A stretch of 64,000 nucleotides of DNA, from contig JAXLNO010005716.1 in the NCBI GenBank assembly GCA_038087875.1, positions 1-64,000 of the forward strand. The letters run 5' to 3'. This stretch comes from Malacoraja senta. Lineage: Eukaryota. The notes beneath the pieces were generated by a model. That model did not search any database and was not told the DNA's origin. It saw only the letters and a program-made list of their open reading frames with translations. The number at the start of each line of letters is the position of its first letter. The first letter of the stretch is position 1. Both the position numbers and the translations under genes were made by a program. Below are positions 46,901-61,200 of this stretch, one piece after another.

Positions 46901-49216
46901 TGACACCATAATAAATATATTACAGAAAAAATAATTTAATGGGGTGGCACGGTGGCGCAGCGGTAGAGTTGCTGTCTTACTACCACATGGGTTTTCTCCA
47001 GGGCCGGATTTACATATAAGCTTCACAAGCTTAAGCTTAGGGCCTCGAGATCTAGGGGGGCCTCGGCAGGGCCAGATTTAAATATAGGCTTCATAGGCTG
47101 AAGCCTAGGGCCTCAAAATCTAGGGGGCCTCCGGCCAAGGTGTTTTTTTCCCAGAGTAAAAAAAATCCTGAGAAATAAAAATTGGAGCGTTATCAGCGTT
47201 TCCACTTTGATGGAAATTACTCGAAATTTTGGTTCCGGCCCGCTGGAAGTTTTGGGGGAAAAAATTGCGACCATCCACGCCTGCGCAGTTGGGGGAAGCC
47301 GGTTACGCAGTAGCGATGCAAAATGACGCTGTCGATGCAGGGGAGTGAGAGACAGTGGGTGATGTGAGAGGGGGAAAGGTGGGGTTGAGAGGGGGAGAGA
47401 GGAGGGAGAGAGGGGAGGGGAGAGAGAGAGGGGGGAGGGGGAGAGAGAGAGAGGGGATGTGGGAGGGGGTAAGGGGTTGAGATGGGGAGAGAGGGGGGGA
47501 GAGAGAGAGAGGGGAAGGGGGTAGGGGGAGAGAGAGGGGGAGGGAGAGAGAGAGAGAGGTGGAGGGAGAGGGAAGGGGAAGGAGGAGGGGGGAGAGGGAA
47601 AGGGGCATTATCTTTAGTGAGATTGCAAAATTAAAGTAGGTTTTAGAGCAATTCTATTTTCTCCTCCATATGAATAATATCAAACAATTGGAACTCCTTT
47701 CTTTTCCTTGATAACAATACTGTAAAATATGAATTCTATAGTTTGTGACTTTCATTTTGCATCATATTTTTAATGTGCACACTAACACAGTTGAACAGTA
47801 ACAGGCAATCAAATCAACACACAAAACATTTTCTAAAAAAAGTTTTATTTACTGCAAAAACGTACAGTATTTTATTAGCAGTGTTTGCATGCTCCTTTAT
47901 AACATTTTACATAACATTTTACAGTACAACTTGATTATTAAAACAAGGACAGCTTCAATTCTTGATTTAAAAAAAGTATGCAACATTGACCCCAATCATC
48001 CCATTCCAACCACTCATTACTCTTGACTCAAGCAAAATTATTTCTGAAATATTGGTCATAAATTTGGTGCAAAAATGCTCCAAAATAAGGCTCAGAATGC
48101 ACCAGAGAGCATCTTAAGCGGGCCCTGGACCCCGGCCGCAAGGGTCTTTAAGCTTTGTGCTTGTGAAATACACTGTGCGCACTTATTTCACATTAAAACA
48201 ATTTAATACTGCCATGACACGCCCCCTCCTTGAAAAGCTTTGTACAGGCCTGGTGCATAATGTTTTTGACACTGTCATAGGCCATTCTTACATATGTTGT
48301 CACAATGCACTGTAGTCTCTAAACAACACTTGAGTAATTTTCCTTGCCCTCCATTTCAGAATAATAGTGTTTTAAGCAGATAACTCGACACTAGCACTGG
48401 CAATAAATAGAAAGCGCAGCTTTCCAGCCCTTATCTCATTGGCCACGCTCGGCTGCACATCGGTGTCAATCTGGTGGACTCTTCCATCTTCCTCTCGTCA
48501 TGGGGGTGGGGGATTGGGAGGGGCCTCACAAGTGGAATAGCCAAGGGCCTTTCTTCATCTAAATCCAGCCCTGGTTTTCTCTGGATATTCCGGTTTCTCC
48601 CATATCCGAAAGAAGTGCAGGTTTGTAGGTTAATTGGCTTCTGTAAATTGTCCCTGGCATGATGGATGGAACTGGTATATGATAGATTGCTGGTCAGTGT
48701 GGACTGGGTGGGCTGACGGGCCTGTTTCCATTTATATGTTTTACATATATATCTTAATTTCATTGAACCATATATGAATGGATATGTGGCATTATTTTCA
48801 TCTTGTTTCTATATTCAAAGGGTAAGGTTGATTGATTTATTTGTGCAGAACAGTGATGGAAGGCCTTATTTCTCTGTGTTTTTCTCTATATATATTTGCA
48901 TGAATATAATCTGATTTCCATACATGAATATAGTCATTCATGTGCTGCACCATGTGCTGTTGATCAGAGCCTGGGTCTATTGTGGAATGTAATTAGGAAT
49001 GCAATTTAGCCTAACCTTATTCATACCTATTTAGCCTAACCTTATTCATACCTAATCCAATTAAAGCATAAATGTTGCATTCAAGTGTAAGTTAAAAGAC
49101 TTGCCACAGTATGCAGCAGATTGCACAATTTCAAGCTGAAAAATTCGAAAGCTCCCTACCGTGGGAGCGGGGGACAATTTCTCACTCTCAACTCTCACCC
49201 AATGTTGGCAGCCCTA
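43990..49216. mobile_element. Cluster of hAT-like non-autonomous elements and low-complexity tracts
   Basis: Repeated terminus cagggctgccaactctcacgc (~43995, 44801, 45690) with inverted partner gttggcagccct at ~49204-49215; duplicated block 44090-44230 / 44900-45070; cagggccggatt family at ~46998-47130; GA-rich and GT-rich tracts. Confidence 0.6.
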
Positions 49217-50010
49217 ATAAATGTGAGGTTATTCACCTTGGTGGCAAAAACAGGAAGGCAGAGTATTATCTGAATGGTGTCAAGTTGGGAAAAGGGAAAG
49301 TACAACGGGATCTGGGGGTCCTTGTAGATCAGTCAATGAAAGTAAGCATTCAGGTACAGCAGGCAGTGAAGAAAGCGAATGGCATGTTGGCCTTCATAAC
49401 AAGAGGAGTTTGGTATTGGAGCAAAGAGTCCTTCTACAGTTGTACAGGGCCCGAGTGAGACTACACCTGGGGTATTGTGTGCAGTTTTTGGTCCCCTAAA
49501 TTGAGGAAGGACATTCTTGCTATTAAGCGAGTGCAGTGTAGGTTCACAAGGTTAATTCCCAGGATGGTGGGACTGTCATATGCTGAGAGAATGGAGCGGC
49601 TAGGCTTGTATAATCTGGAATTTAGAAGGATGAGAGAGAGGATCTCATTGAAATATAAGATTATTAAGGGTTTGGACACGCTAGAGGCAGGAAACCGTGT
49701 TCCTGAATGTTGGGGGAGTCCAGAACCAGGGGCCACAGTTCAAGAATAAGGGGTAAGGCATTTAGAATGGGATGAGGGAACACTTTTTCACCCAGTTGTG
49801 AGTCTGTGGAATTCTCTTGCCTCAGAGGCCGGTTCTCTGGAGACTTTCAAGAGAGAGCTAGATAGGGCTCTTAAAGATAGTGGAGTCAGGGGATATGGGG
49901 AGAAGGCAGGAATGGGGTACTGATTGTGGATGATCAGCCATGATCACAGCGAATGGCAGTGTTGGCTCGAAGGGCCGAATGGTCTACTCCTGCACCTATT
50001 GTTTATTGTC
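49217..50010 (+). mobile_element. CR1 3' fragment
   Basis: KCEVIHLGGKNRKAEYYLNG...KKANGMLAFI; 3' UTR. Confidence 0.88.
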
Positions 50011-50289
50011 AATCCTTCCTGAGTCACAGAATCACACCCAGAGCTCCAGATGTGGTCTAACCAGAGCTCTATTATACAGCAGCATAAAGCCCACCCCTTT
50101 GTATCCCCAGCGTTTCCCATCAACTGAGGCACGTTAAGAGCATTGGCTTAAATTTAAGCTCAGGATTAATCCAAACCTACCAGTGGTCTCTCAACACAAA
50201 GCAAACCTTCCTGCTTTGCTCTTGAGCCCAATGCAATTGGTCATTTCCTTATGGAATCACATATTTCCGAAGATCTTTCCTGGTCCCAG

Positions 50290-50905
50290 CACACTGATGC
50301 AATCATAAAGAAGGCACATCAGCACCTCTAATTCCTGAGAAGATTACAGAGAGTCAGTTTGTCAAGGAGGACTCTCTCGAACTTCTACAGGTACACAGTA
50401 GAGAGCATACTGACTGGTTGCATCGTGGCTTTGTTCGTTAACCTCGTCTATGGTGTCTATATACCATAGACCATATATATATATACACATAAATAAACAG
50501 TGCAATAGGCTGTTATTCTTCAGAGTTTGTTTGATGGCTGTGAGGAGGAAGCTGTTCCTGAACCTGGATGTTCCAGATTTCAAGCTCCTGTACCTTCTTC
50601 CCGATGGCAACGGAGAGATGAGTGTGTGGCCAGGATGGTGTGGGGCTTTGATGATGTTGGCAGCCTTTTTGAGGCAGTGACTGCGATAGATCCCTTCGAT
50701 GGTGGGGAGGTCAGAGCCGATGATGGACTGGGAAGTGGTCACAACTTTCTGCATTCCTTTCCACTCCTGGACTTTCAAGTTGCCGAACCAAGCCACAATG
50801 CAGCCAGTCAGTATTCTCTCTACTGTGCACCTATCGAAGTTCTAGGGAGTCCTACTTGACATACCAATTATCCGTAATGATCTCAGGAAGTAGAGGCGTT
50901 GATGT
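50290..50905. mobile_element. Rex1/Babar fragments in opposite orientation (+ 50290-50445, - 50500-50905)
   Basis: KKAHQHL..LRRL on plus; AWFGNLKVQEWKGMQKVV..RFRNSF on minus. Confidence 0.8.
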
Positions 50906-50924
50906 GCCTTCTTTATAGAAATAT

Positions 50925-51985
50925 AGAAACATAGTTGATCAGAAAATAGGTGCAGGAGGAGGCCATTCGGCCCTTCGAGCCAGCACCGCCATTCATTGCG
51001 ATCATGGCTGATCGTCCCCAATCAATAACCCGTGCCTACCTTCTCCCCATATCCCTTGATTCCACTAGCCCCTAGAGCTCTATCTAACTTTCTCTTAAAT
51101 CCATCCAGTGATTTGGCCTCCACTGCCGTCTGTGGCAGGGAATTCCACAAGTTCACAACTCTCTGGGTGAAAAAGGTTTTTCTCACCTCAGTCTTAAATG
51201 GCCTCCCCTTTATTCTAGAACTGTGACCCCTGGTTCTGGACTCGCCCAACATTGGGAACATTTTTCCTGCATCTAGCTTGTCCAGTTCTTTTATAATTTA
51301 ATATTTCTATAAGAATCCCCCTCATCCTTCTAAACTCCAGTGAATACAAGCCTAGTCTTTTAAATCTTTCCTCATATGACAGTCCCGCCATCCCAGGGAT
51401 CAATCTCGTGAACCTACGCTGCACTGCCTCAATCACAAGGATGTCCTTCCTCAAATTAGGAGACCAAAACTGTACGCAATACTCCAGATGTGGTCTCACC
51501 AGAGCCCTATACAACTGCAGAAGAACCTCTCTACTCCTATACTGAAATCCTCTTGTTATGAAGGCCAACATTCCATTAACTTTCTTCACAGCCTGCTGTA
51601 CCTGCATGCCAATCTTCAGTGACCGGTGTACAAGGACACCCAGGTCTCGTTGCACCTCCCCCTTACCGAACCTAACCCCATTAAGATAATAATCTGCCCC
51701 CTTGTTTTTGCCACCAAAGTGGATAACCGCACATTTATCTATATTATACTGCATCTGCCACGAATCTGCCTACTCACTCAACCTGTCCAGGTCACTCTGC
51801 AACCTCCTAATATCCTCTTCACAGTTCACACTGCCACCCAGCTTTGTGTCGTCCGTAAACTTGCCAGTGTTGCTCCTAATTCTCTCTTCAAAATCATTAA
51901 TATATGTGGTAAACAGTTGCGGCCCCAACACCGAGCCTTGCGGCACTCCACTCGCCACTGCCTGCCATTCTGAAAAGGACCTATA
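50925..51985 (-). mobile_element. CR1 RT plus 3' UTR
   Basis: [38 protein letters not shown]. Confidence 0.92.
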
Positions 51986-52769
51986 ATTGCATCAGTGTGC
52001 TGGGACCAGGAAAGATCTTGTTATAATATGGCAGAAACTCTCCTCTGTACTGATCTGTGCTGCACCTGCTATGTAGTGCTGATGGGAAAGTGTTCAGGAC
52101 CCTTTACAAATAATCTGCTCCAATGTGATAATCGTGTTCTGAAGAAGCTTCATGTTGTACAAAATCACTTTGTAAAGACAATGATACCAATGGGGGGAAA
52201 GGAGGCTTCGGGGCTAGAGTGTTTCAGACTCGCAATAAGAAAGTTACTTTTCTGACAGGATTTAAAAAATAAAGGTATTTTCAATACCAATAACTTTTCT
52301 TTTGTTACTTCAAACTAAAAATACTAAAGGCCGCGCTAAAAAAATAGCTGGAGTAACAATGGGTCAGGCAGCTTGTCTGGAGAACATGTTCGTGATGTTT
52401 CAGGTTGGGATTCTTCTTCATTGATTGTGGTGGTGGTGGGGGGGGGGGGTGATAGGTGGATAGAGGTGAGAGAGAGTATTGATAGGAATTGCAGATGCTA
52501 GTTTACACCGAAATAAGCAGAAAATGCTGGAGTAACAGCGGGTCAGATAGCATCTCTGGAGAAAGGAATAGATGACATTTTGGATCAAGACCCTTCTTCA
52601 GACTGAGTCAGGGGAAAGAGAAACTATGGGTACAAAAAGGTACAGAATTAATGAGAGCCATCATCGATGACTCGGGAAAGGTAGAGCCCACAATGGTCCA
52701 TTGTTGGCTGTGGATGAAGTGATAATGAAGGGATACGAACCATGGAACTAGCAAGTTGTCTTGGGTGGT

Positions 52770-53260
52770 GGAGGGAGGGAGTAATAGGGATTGCAAGGGA
52801 CCCCGACAGTCCTCTTAGGTGAGGCAGAGTTTCACGCACCTCCTCCAACCTCCAATGTATCGGCGAGACTAAGCACAGACTGGGCGATCATTTTGCTGAC
52901 ACACCTAGGCTCAGTCCGCCTTGGCCTACGAGACATATCAGTTTCCAAAGATGTTAACTCCTCTTCCCATTCCCACACTGACCTTTCCGTCCTGTGCCTC
53001 CTCCACTGTCAGACTGAGGCCACATGCAAATTGCAGAACTAGCACCTCATATTTTGCTTGGGCAGCTTACAACCCAGCAGTATGAATATTGATTTCTCCA
53101 ACTTCAAGTAACCCTTGCAATCCCTCTCTTGCCTCTCTCCTCAGACTGAAGAAGGGTCCCAAGTTGAAACGTCCCCTACCCATTTTCCCCAGAGATGCTG
53201 CCTGACCTGCTGAGCAGCATTTTTGTGTCGATCTTTGGTACAAACCAGCATCTGCAGATC
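52770..53260 (+). mobile_element. Penelope-like element relic: GIY-YIG endonuclease C-terminus plus terminal repeat
   Basis: IGETKHRLGDHFA-/-HLGSVRLG...SHSHTDLSVLCLLHCQTEATCKL...LGSLQPSSMNIDFSNFK*; followed by CTGAAGA...GAAACGTC at 53146-53173. Confidence 0.8.
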
Positions 53261-54229
53261 ATTTTTATTATATTCTATAATACAATATCATGATTGCTAA
53301 TGGCAGACAAATTGAACCTGCAGAAACCAAATAAACCCATTGAACAAATCAACGCCTCACAATACCACCCCTGGGCCACAGACTGACACATGTTTCTCTG
53401 CGCTTTAAGAGGAGGGAGATCCACTTCATTACATTAACTTGCATTACATTTCATTACATTAACATTTGCATTAACTTGAATGAAAACTTCATGAGGTATC
53501 AAAGACAGCCATTGATTTACTTGAATCGCAGCAATCATTTGTTATTAATAACTGCCAGATGTCTGAAACTCTGATAACATTCAGACCCAGTCCTTCTACT
53601 TACACTTCCTCTCAGGTTGCACAGGCAGGTTTAATTTGAGCAGGGGGCCCTCCCAGCAGGGCTGTTACTACAAAGAATAAACACACTGCTTTACATATGA
53701 AAAAAGAATTCTGATGCTGTGTTTTGTACCAACGGGTTCATGTTTACCCCACGAAATGGGGCTGAAAGAATCAAAACCAATGGGCAATGAAGACCCTCTC
53801 CACATTTCAGTAAATTTGCCACGTTTAGAAACGGGTTCAAAGTGCTCGTGATTGTCACTGATCATGATTACACTGATTAAGTAATGGGAACGAGCTGTCC
53901 AGATGTACGTACACCTGCATTTTAGGTTCTGATGGAGCTGAGAGACTCCCACCAGCAACTTATTCTGTGTTTGCTCAAGCTGATCATAGAGATCCACCCT
54001 GATGACTGTAGTTAAAGTGATCTGGTAGATGGGAATTGGCAGCATCAAATCAATAAACTAAGGACAAACTAAAAAGTTGCACAAGCTGCCTTTAAAACAT
54101 TACAAAAAGCCGTGGGCAGAATCCCTGTAAAACGTGTTTGAGCTGATGTTTGCTGATGAGAACCAAGGCTGCTCAGTGAATCAGGTTTAAGACTGAAGCA
54201 GCAGCCTGGGCCACAATCAATAGACAATA

Positions 54230-54670
54230 GACATTAGACAATAGACAATAGGTGCAGGAGTAGGCCATTCGGCCCTTTGAGTCAGCACCGCCATTCAATG
54301 TGATCATGGCTGATCATCCCAAATCAGTACCCCATTCGTGCCTTGTCCCCATATCCCCTGACTCCGCTATCTTTAAGAACCCTATCTAGCTCTCTCTTGA
54401 AAGTATCCAGAGAACCGGCCTCCATCGCCCACCGGCAGAGAATTCCACAGACTCACAACTCTCTGTGTGATAAAGTGTTTCCTCATCTCCGTTCTAAATA
54501 TCTCACCCCTTATTCTTAAACTGTGGTCCCTGGTTCTGGCCCCAACATCGGGAACATGTTTCCTGCCACTATCGTGTCCAAACCCTTAATAATCTTATAT
54601 GTTTCAATAAGATACCCTCTCATCCTTCTAAACTCCAGAGTATACAAGCCCAGCCGCTCCATTCTCTTAG
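54230..54670 (-). mobile_element. CR1 3' fragment with (atagaca)n tail
   Basis: Reverse complement of the CR1 3' UTR seen at 4100-4790. Confidence 0.85.
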
Positions 54671-54769
54671 CGGAGGTGCTGGGGGAGAACATGAAGCAGT
54701 GAGTGGCGGCAGGAGAGGAGGTCGGAACTGCGTCTGGGTTGTCAATGTGATCACTGGCGAGGGTCTGGA

Positions 54770-55600
54770 TGGGGAGTAAGAGGGGGAGGAGAGAGAGGGT
54801 AGGAAGAGGGGGATGGAGGAGACGGGGGAGGGGGAGTAAGAGGGAAGAGGGGGGATGGAGAGGGAGGGGGAGAGAGAAGGGAGAGAGATAATAGGGAGAG
54901 GGGGGAGGAGGATGGGAGAGGGAGAGGATAGGGTGGAGAGCGAAGGGGAAGGAGGAGTGAGGCTGGGATAGGGACAGGGGAGTAGATGGAGGGAGAATGG
55001 GTTGGGGAGACGGGTAGAGGGTGGGGGAAGTGGAGGCAGAGGCAGGAAGGCGTAGTGGGAGTGAGGAGTGAGAGGAAGAGGTGAAGTTGACACATGGGTG
55101 AGGGAGTAGGGTTGAATGGGAGGGGAGGGGGAGAGAGGGGTTAGGAGAAGGAAGGTGAAAGAAGGGAGGACTGCTGGGGAGGGGATGGGGGGACGGTGGG
55201 AAGGGGTTGGGGAAGTGTGGAAGGTGGTGGAAAAGAGATAGTGGGAGAGGGAGGAGTAAGGTTGGGAGGGGGATATAGCAGGAGGGAAGGGGTCAGAAAG
55301 AGGTGGAAAGGGGGTAGAAGGAGCTAGGAGGGCATAGAAGGAGTAGGATGAAAGGATGGAAAGGGAGGAATAGGTTGGTGTGGGGGATAGAGGGAGAGGA
55401 AGGAGTTGCCGGGCAAAGGGTGGAGGGGGTAGAGAGAGGGCCGAAGGAGGAAAGGGGGGTGGAAGGAGACAGAGGGGGTGGAGCGAGGGATAGGGACTGA
55501 GAGGGGTAGATGGAGAGGAACGGGTATGGGCTAAAGATGATAAAGGGAGTGGGGTTAGAGAGAGGAAGTGGCAGTGGGAGGGGTAGAGAGGTGGGGATCC
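54770..55600 (+). repeat. Low-complexity G/A-rich polypurine tract
   Basis: Composition almost only G and A; similar tracts at 44400-44630 and 47340-47605, and C-rich at 60700-61090. Confidence 0.9.
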
Positions 55601-57774
55601 ACGTCAGTGCCGTGGGTTCTGAGCTGACTGATGAGGCCACTAACTGATCCCCGGGTAGGGTTGTTGGGTAATTTGTCGGCTGGTGTTTGTGATCTGCACA
55701 GGCAAAGGGACCAAGGTTGTGCACACCATCCCGGCTGCTTCTCCATTTGGAGAGGCCGTTGGCCAGAGGTTCCCAGGACTCAGTGGCATGGGAATGTTGG
55801 GTTGCTTCAAAGACCCTTTGAGAACATCCATAAATCTTTGCTTTGTAATTGTCTACCATGTTAGAACTCACAATAGCATGTTTGAGAGTTGGAGGGATGG
55901 CAGGCTGGTTTGTGTGATAAACTGTGCTGTGATCATAACTCTCTGCAATGTCTTGCTGTCTCGGGCAGAGAAACAAGCTTTGATGTGTCCAGATAGAATG
56001 CTCTCTATAATAGAAATTGATAAGAGTCATTGGAGATGTGCCCATTTTACTTAGCCTTCTGAAGAAGTAAAGGCATTAGTGCTTTCGTGGCTGTAGTGTC
56101 AATGTGGTTGAATCAGGACAAATTTACACATGGAATCTTGAAGGTCTTGACCATCTCCACTTCAGCACCATTGATACAGACTAGAGCAGGGGTTCCCAAC
56201 CTATTTGTCCTGTTTACCCCAGGCAACTTTGATAGCACATAACAATGTTATTTCACTTATGTGTGAAGAACTAATGATGAACCAAAACCAAACACAGTCA
56301 GTCAATGAGAGAAAATATGTACAAATCCAGAATCAACAAATTTATCCCCTGGGTTGGCAAAATGTACCCCCTGGGTAAATTACCAAGCCCTGTATCTCCA
56401 TCTTGTACTCGGCTTCGTCATTGTTTGGAATAAGTTCATTAGTTGTAGGAGCGGAATTCGGCCCATCAAGTCTACTCCGCCTTTCAGTCATGGCTGATCT
56501 ATCTTACCCTCTCAACCCCCTTCTCCTGCCTTCTCCCAATAACCCCTGACACCGGTACTAATCAAGCACCTATGAATCTCCTCTTTAAAATATCCATTGA
56601 CGGAATTTCACAGATTCTCTGGCACACTTGCAGACGGTGGTCAGATGTCGTGGGACTTTGTACAAGCCAAGGACAATGTGGCTGGTTATTGCACAAATGG
56701 AACATGCATGATGCAGAAGGATGCAGTTATGGCCTCAAGTCCAACACCATAAGGCACAGCACGGCATGCAGGGGGGAAGCTGGGAAGTCCCCGAGCTCGG
56801 CCCCGAGTAGAGTCGTGGAGGCTTACCTGGATCGGGAGCCTCTCCAGTACATCCAGCACGTGTTTGGACTGGACTTTAGTGTAAACGGTGCCAAAATATG
56901 GCAACTCATGCATGTGTTAGCGATGCAAATAGAATTTCAGTGTGCTGTGAACATGTGACAATAAAACACTTTTGTGGAGCCATTTTGTTTTCCTGTGTAG
57001 CATTTCAGGAGGGCATTGATATAAACCCCAAGGACAATATCCACTCCCTGATAAACACATCCAATTAAAGTCACACTTGCTCCTTGGCCTCCAGAAAGAC
57101 AAATACTTTGTGACTTTTCCGCTGCTTTCAAATCAGAGTTGAGAACACCCTATGCTTTAAATTCTGATCCATGTCCTTTATGTCATGGTCTCTTGCTTCT
57201 GGAGACATTTTTGAAATAAATGCCTATAATTTCCTAATTAGGGGACAAATAACAGGAGGGGAAATTTAGTGCTAAAGTAAATATATTTTCAATGAATACA
57301 AATGAGGTTGTACAACATTTAAAAAATAGATATTATTGGACTTCACAACATCAGAGAATATTTGCCAGTTTTATATATAACCAGTTTTTGCATTGATGTT
57401 CAGTATCCTTCTGTTATCTTTGATTTTTCTGCTGCCTCTGAACAAGTCATTGTAATCTCCTCCAGTGTCTTCCCTCCATTATCCAACCTGATGGAATTGG
57501 TACAACATTGATCAGGTTGTATTTTGAGTTTCTTCAGCCAGGGGATTTGTTCTAGGAAACCCCCAGGATTATCCTTGGCTCTGTATTTCTCACACGTGTT
57601 GTTCCTTGGTAACGCAACCTGCAGATTTGGGCGTTGCCTCCTACACGTCTAGTGATGATGTCCAGCTCCATCTTTCCAGCCATCCATGCACGGAGTGTAG
57701 GTCTGTTATCCAGTATTAAAAGGATTTTAATACTTTTTTAGTATTTAATTTCTTCCAATTAAAATGTAATTTAA

Positions 57775-58240
57775 TCAGTAGAATCTCTGCCTTACATCGC
57801 AGGGACCCGGGTTCGATCCTGACTATGAATTCATGTTGGTATGGAGATTTTACGTTCTCCCTGTGACCATGTGGGTTTCCTCCCACACTCCAAAGATGTG
57901 CAGGTTTGTCGGTTAATTGGCTGCTGTAAATTCATGTTCATAAGTTATAGTAACAGAATTAGGCCATTTGGCCCATCAAGTCTACTCCATCATTCAATCA
58001 TGGCTGATCTATCTTTCTCTTACAACCCTATTCTCCTGCGTTCTCCCCATAACCCCAGACACCCATTCTAATCAAGACTCTATCTGCCATAAAAATACCC
58101 AATGGACTTGGCCTCTGCAACCTTCTGTGGCAATGAATTGTCCTATTGTCCCTAATCTGTAGCATAGAACCAGTGTATGAGGATCGCTGGTCGGCCCAGA
58201 CTTGGTGGGTTGAAGGGCCTGTTTCCACGCTGCATCTCCT
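57775..58240 (+). mobile_element. tRNA-derived SINE with nested CR1 tail; related SINE copies at ~46945, ~48570 and ~58880-59075 (-)
   Basis: gacccgggttcgatcctgact B-box-like head, cgttctccc..gaccatgtgggtttcc body, gaagggcctgtttcc tail. Confidence 0.72.
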
Positions 58241-61200
58241 CGAAAAAAATGCAACCCACTATTTTGGTTTCATACGTGATTTTGAACACTTACGTGATTG
58301 CCTGACACTTTCTGAATCACAGTTCACATCCTCTTCACCTTAGCTGATCCCCAGCTTGAGCTTCCAGCTCTTCATCCTCCCCATTTCAAAAAGGATCAAT
58401 CTCCGCTCATGTTTGCCCTTCTCCTTATTAACTTTAGGTAACACAAGACCTATTGAAATTGAAGAAAAAAACTCTCATTCTTGACATAAAATTCCCTTTC
58501 CAATTGCTGCAAAGTTTTAATAACCTTCCGTCACCTTCCCCACAATAACATCTGGCATTTTCCCTCCATCCAATATCTGCCCTCACTATCGATAACCGTG
58601 GATCAGTTGCGAAGGCTCAATTATTACTCTGGTTCTTAATTCCTCTATCCTGGGAAATAAGCAGTGTGTATTCACCCTATTCCCCTCACTTTTCATACAC
58701 CTCTATAAGATCACCCCTCAGCCTCCTGCGCTCCAAGGAATAAAGTCCGAACTTACGCGATCTCTCCCTGTAGCTCAGGCCCACGAGTCCTGGCAACATC
58801 ATTACATTACCTCAGATACAACACGGAAAGGGGCCCTTCGACCCACCAAGTCCGTGCCGACCAGTCCACTATCAATATCCTCCGCTCACCAGAGGCAATT
58901 TTTGCTGAAACCAATTAACTTACAAATCTCCATGTCTTTGGAGTGTGACTGGAAACTGGAACCCACGAGGTCACATGGAGAAGGTACAAACTCCGAACAG
59001 ACAGCATCCGTAGTCAGGATGGAACCCGGGATTCTGGAGCTGTGAGGCAGCAACTCTACCGTTGCTCTACTGTGCCACCCATGCAATGTGTAAAACTGTG
59101 CTTGTATTCCCTCATGCAGCCCTCCTTTGTATTCATTCAAAATGTATCAAGGGTGCATCACAGCATGGTTTGGGAACAGCAAGCAACTGAACCATCCTAT
59201 CACCGACTGGAGAGCGGTCCTGAGCTACTATCTGCCTCATTGGAGACCCTCGGACTATCTTTGTTCGGACTTTACTGGACATTATCTTCCACTAAATGTT
59301 ATTTCCATTATCATGTATCTACACTGGATGGCTGGATTGTAATCATGTATTGTCTTTCTGCTGACTGGTTAGCACGCACGCAACCTTGGTACACGTGACA
59401 ATAAACTAAGCTGGAGTATTATCCAAGGGAAACAGGTGACACCCCAATTTCCCTCCATGTATGTATAAAGTTTTATTGTATCGTAATACAGTAACTTGAT
59501 GAACAACTCACCAGACTGATGAGGTATGTTCTCTCTCTGTTGCATGTGGGGATTCACTGTGAAATATATTTAGCTAATGTTCAGCTTAACATCCGAAATG
59601 TTCGGATAGTTTAGGTGAACATTGTCGATCGTGAGGCTAAAGGTAACAAGGACAGTCTCACTGCAGCCAAATCCCTAAATGATTGGAGACAATAGATTCA
59701 GTAATACATTTGTTAATTGAATTAGATTTGTACATGAAAAGCAAATAATTTTGAGGCAGCAGGGAAAAGTGATGGGTTTGCCCATCTTTTTTTTGCATTG
59801 ACTACCGTTTTGGTCTCAGATTAGCACAGACTTGGTATTAAACTGTGGTGGATTAACCATGAAATTATTAAAGGAAAAACTCATTTTTGTTTTGCAGTGC
59901 ATTCACATAATGACTTTTTGCTTGCGATCCTCACGAGATGTCAGATTATGGTTTCAGCTCCAGGTAAATGAGATTTTAATACTTTCTGCAAAAATACACA
60001 ATACTTATCTGTTTTAGTACTTTTCTTAACTCATGCTGTGTCTTTATCCCTCTGCTTACGGACTTCTGTCTTCTAATTGAGATGTGGCGAATTAAAATTC
60101 TCATCGACCTTTTCAAATCCCTCCCTGTCTTTGCTCTTCTCTATTCTTCAACCGTTACATTTGTAACTCCTCCTACTCTGGCCGCCTCATTTTGCAGTGA
60201 TCTTATGTTTCTTACAAAATGATTCATGAACATTTCCTACACCTATACTATTTTTAAAACTTTCATCTTGTCCTCTTCCGGTTTGCTTTTTTAAAAATGT
60301 GTGCAAAAATGGTCCCCTATATTGCTAGGATTTTTCGCCACCTTACTCACCGTTCTCCTCTGCTCCAAGCGCACCAGGTTTTGTTCCGATCGGTGGAAGA
60401 TTACAAAAGTTATGAAGGTTTAAAAAATCGTGAGATCAGCAGATTGGTCAACTCGCCTGTCATTCACCATGAAGGTAACGCCCCTCCCGGCACCCGCTGT
60501 TAATCACTGGGCGGGGCGAGGAGAATAAACCCCAGATGCGGGGCTGAGTACATGAGCCAAGCGGAGGAGAACAACCAGCGAAGCGGCCAGCGAAGCGGCC
60601 AGTGCCCACAGTGAGTCCCCATCGCACCTCCAGCCCCTTCCCCTCTGGCCACCCTCGCTAGCTCCTGCCCCCCTCCCCGTAATACCGTACTCTCTCCCAT
60701 GGCTCTTCCCCCATATTTTCTCCGAGCTCTCTCCCCCCTGCCCCCACACTCCTCTCCCCCATACCCCAGCCACCCCAAACACACCCCTCCCTCCCACACA
60801 GCCCTCCCTTCCACAAACCCCTCACAACCCTACCCTGCTCACACATACCTCTCTCCCACACACCCCTTTCCCCCAAACCCCCCTGCTCACATATACCCCC
60901 CCTACACACCCCTCACCCCTACACAACCCTTCTGCCAACATACCCCCTCCCACACACCCCTCCCCTCCACAACCCCCGCCCACACAACAACCCCCTCCCC
61001 TCCACATACCTCCTCCTCCCCCCTCACAAACCCCTTCAGCCCACATAAACACTTCCTCTCCCACCGCACACCCTCCCCCCACCACACACCCCCCGTGGTG
61101 ACTGGGACCCACTCAGTCTTGTTATTTAATAAAATGGGGGAAAGTCCTTCTGCCCTGCCCCTGTGCTCTTGGGTGGAGACTGAGAATGAGTGAATGATAT

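Noticed and set aside
53668-54048. 126-aa minus-strand ORF in unique-looking DNA
   Set aside because: No recognisable domain, TTG/alternative start, no supporting exon structure
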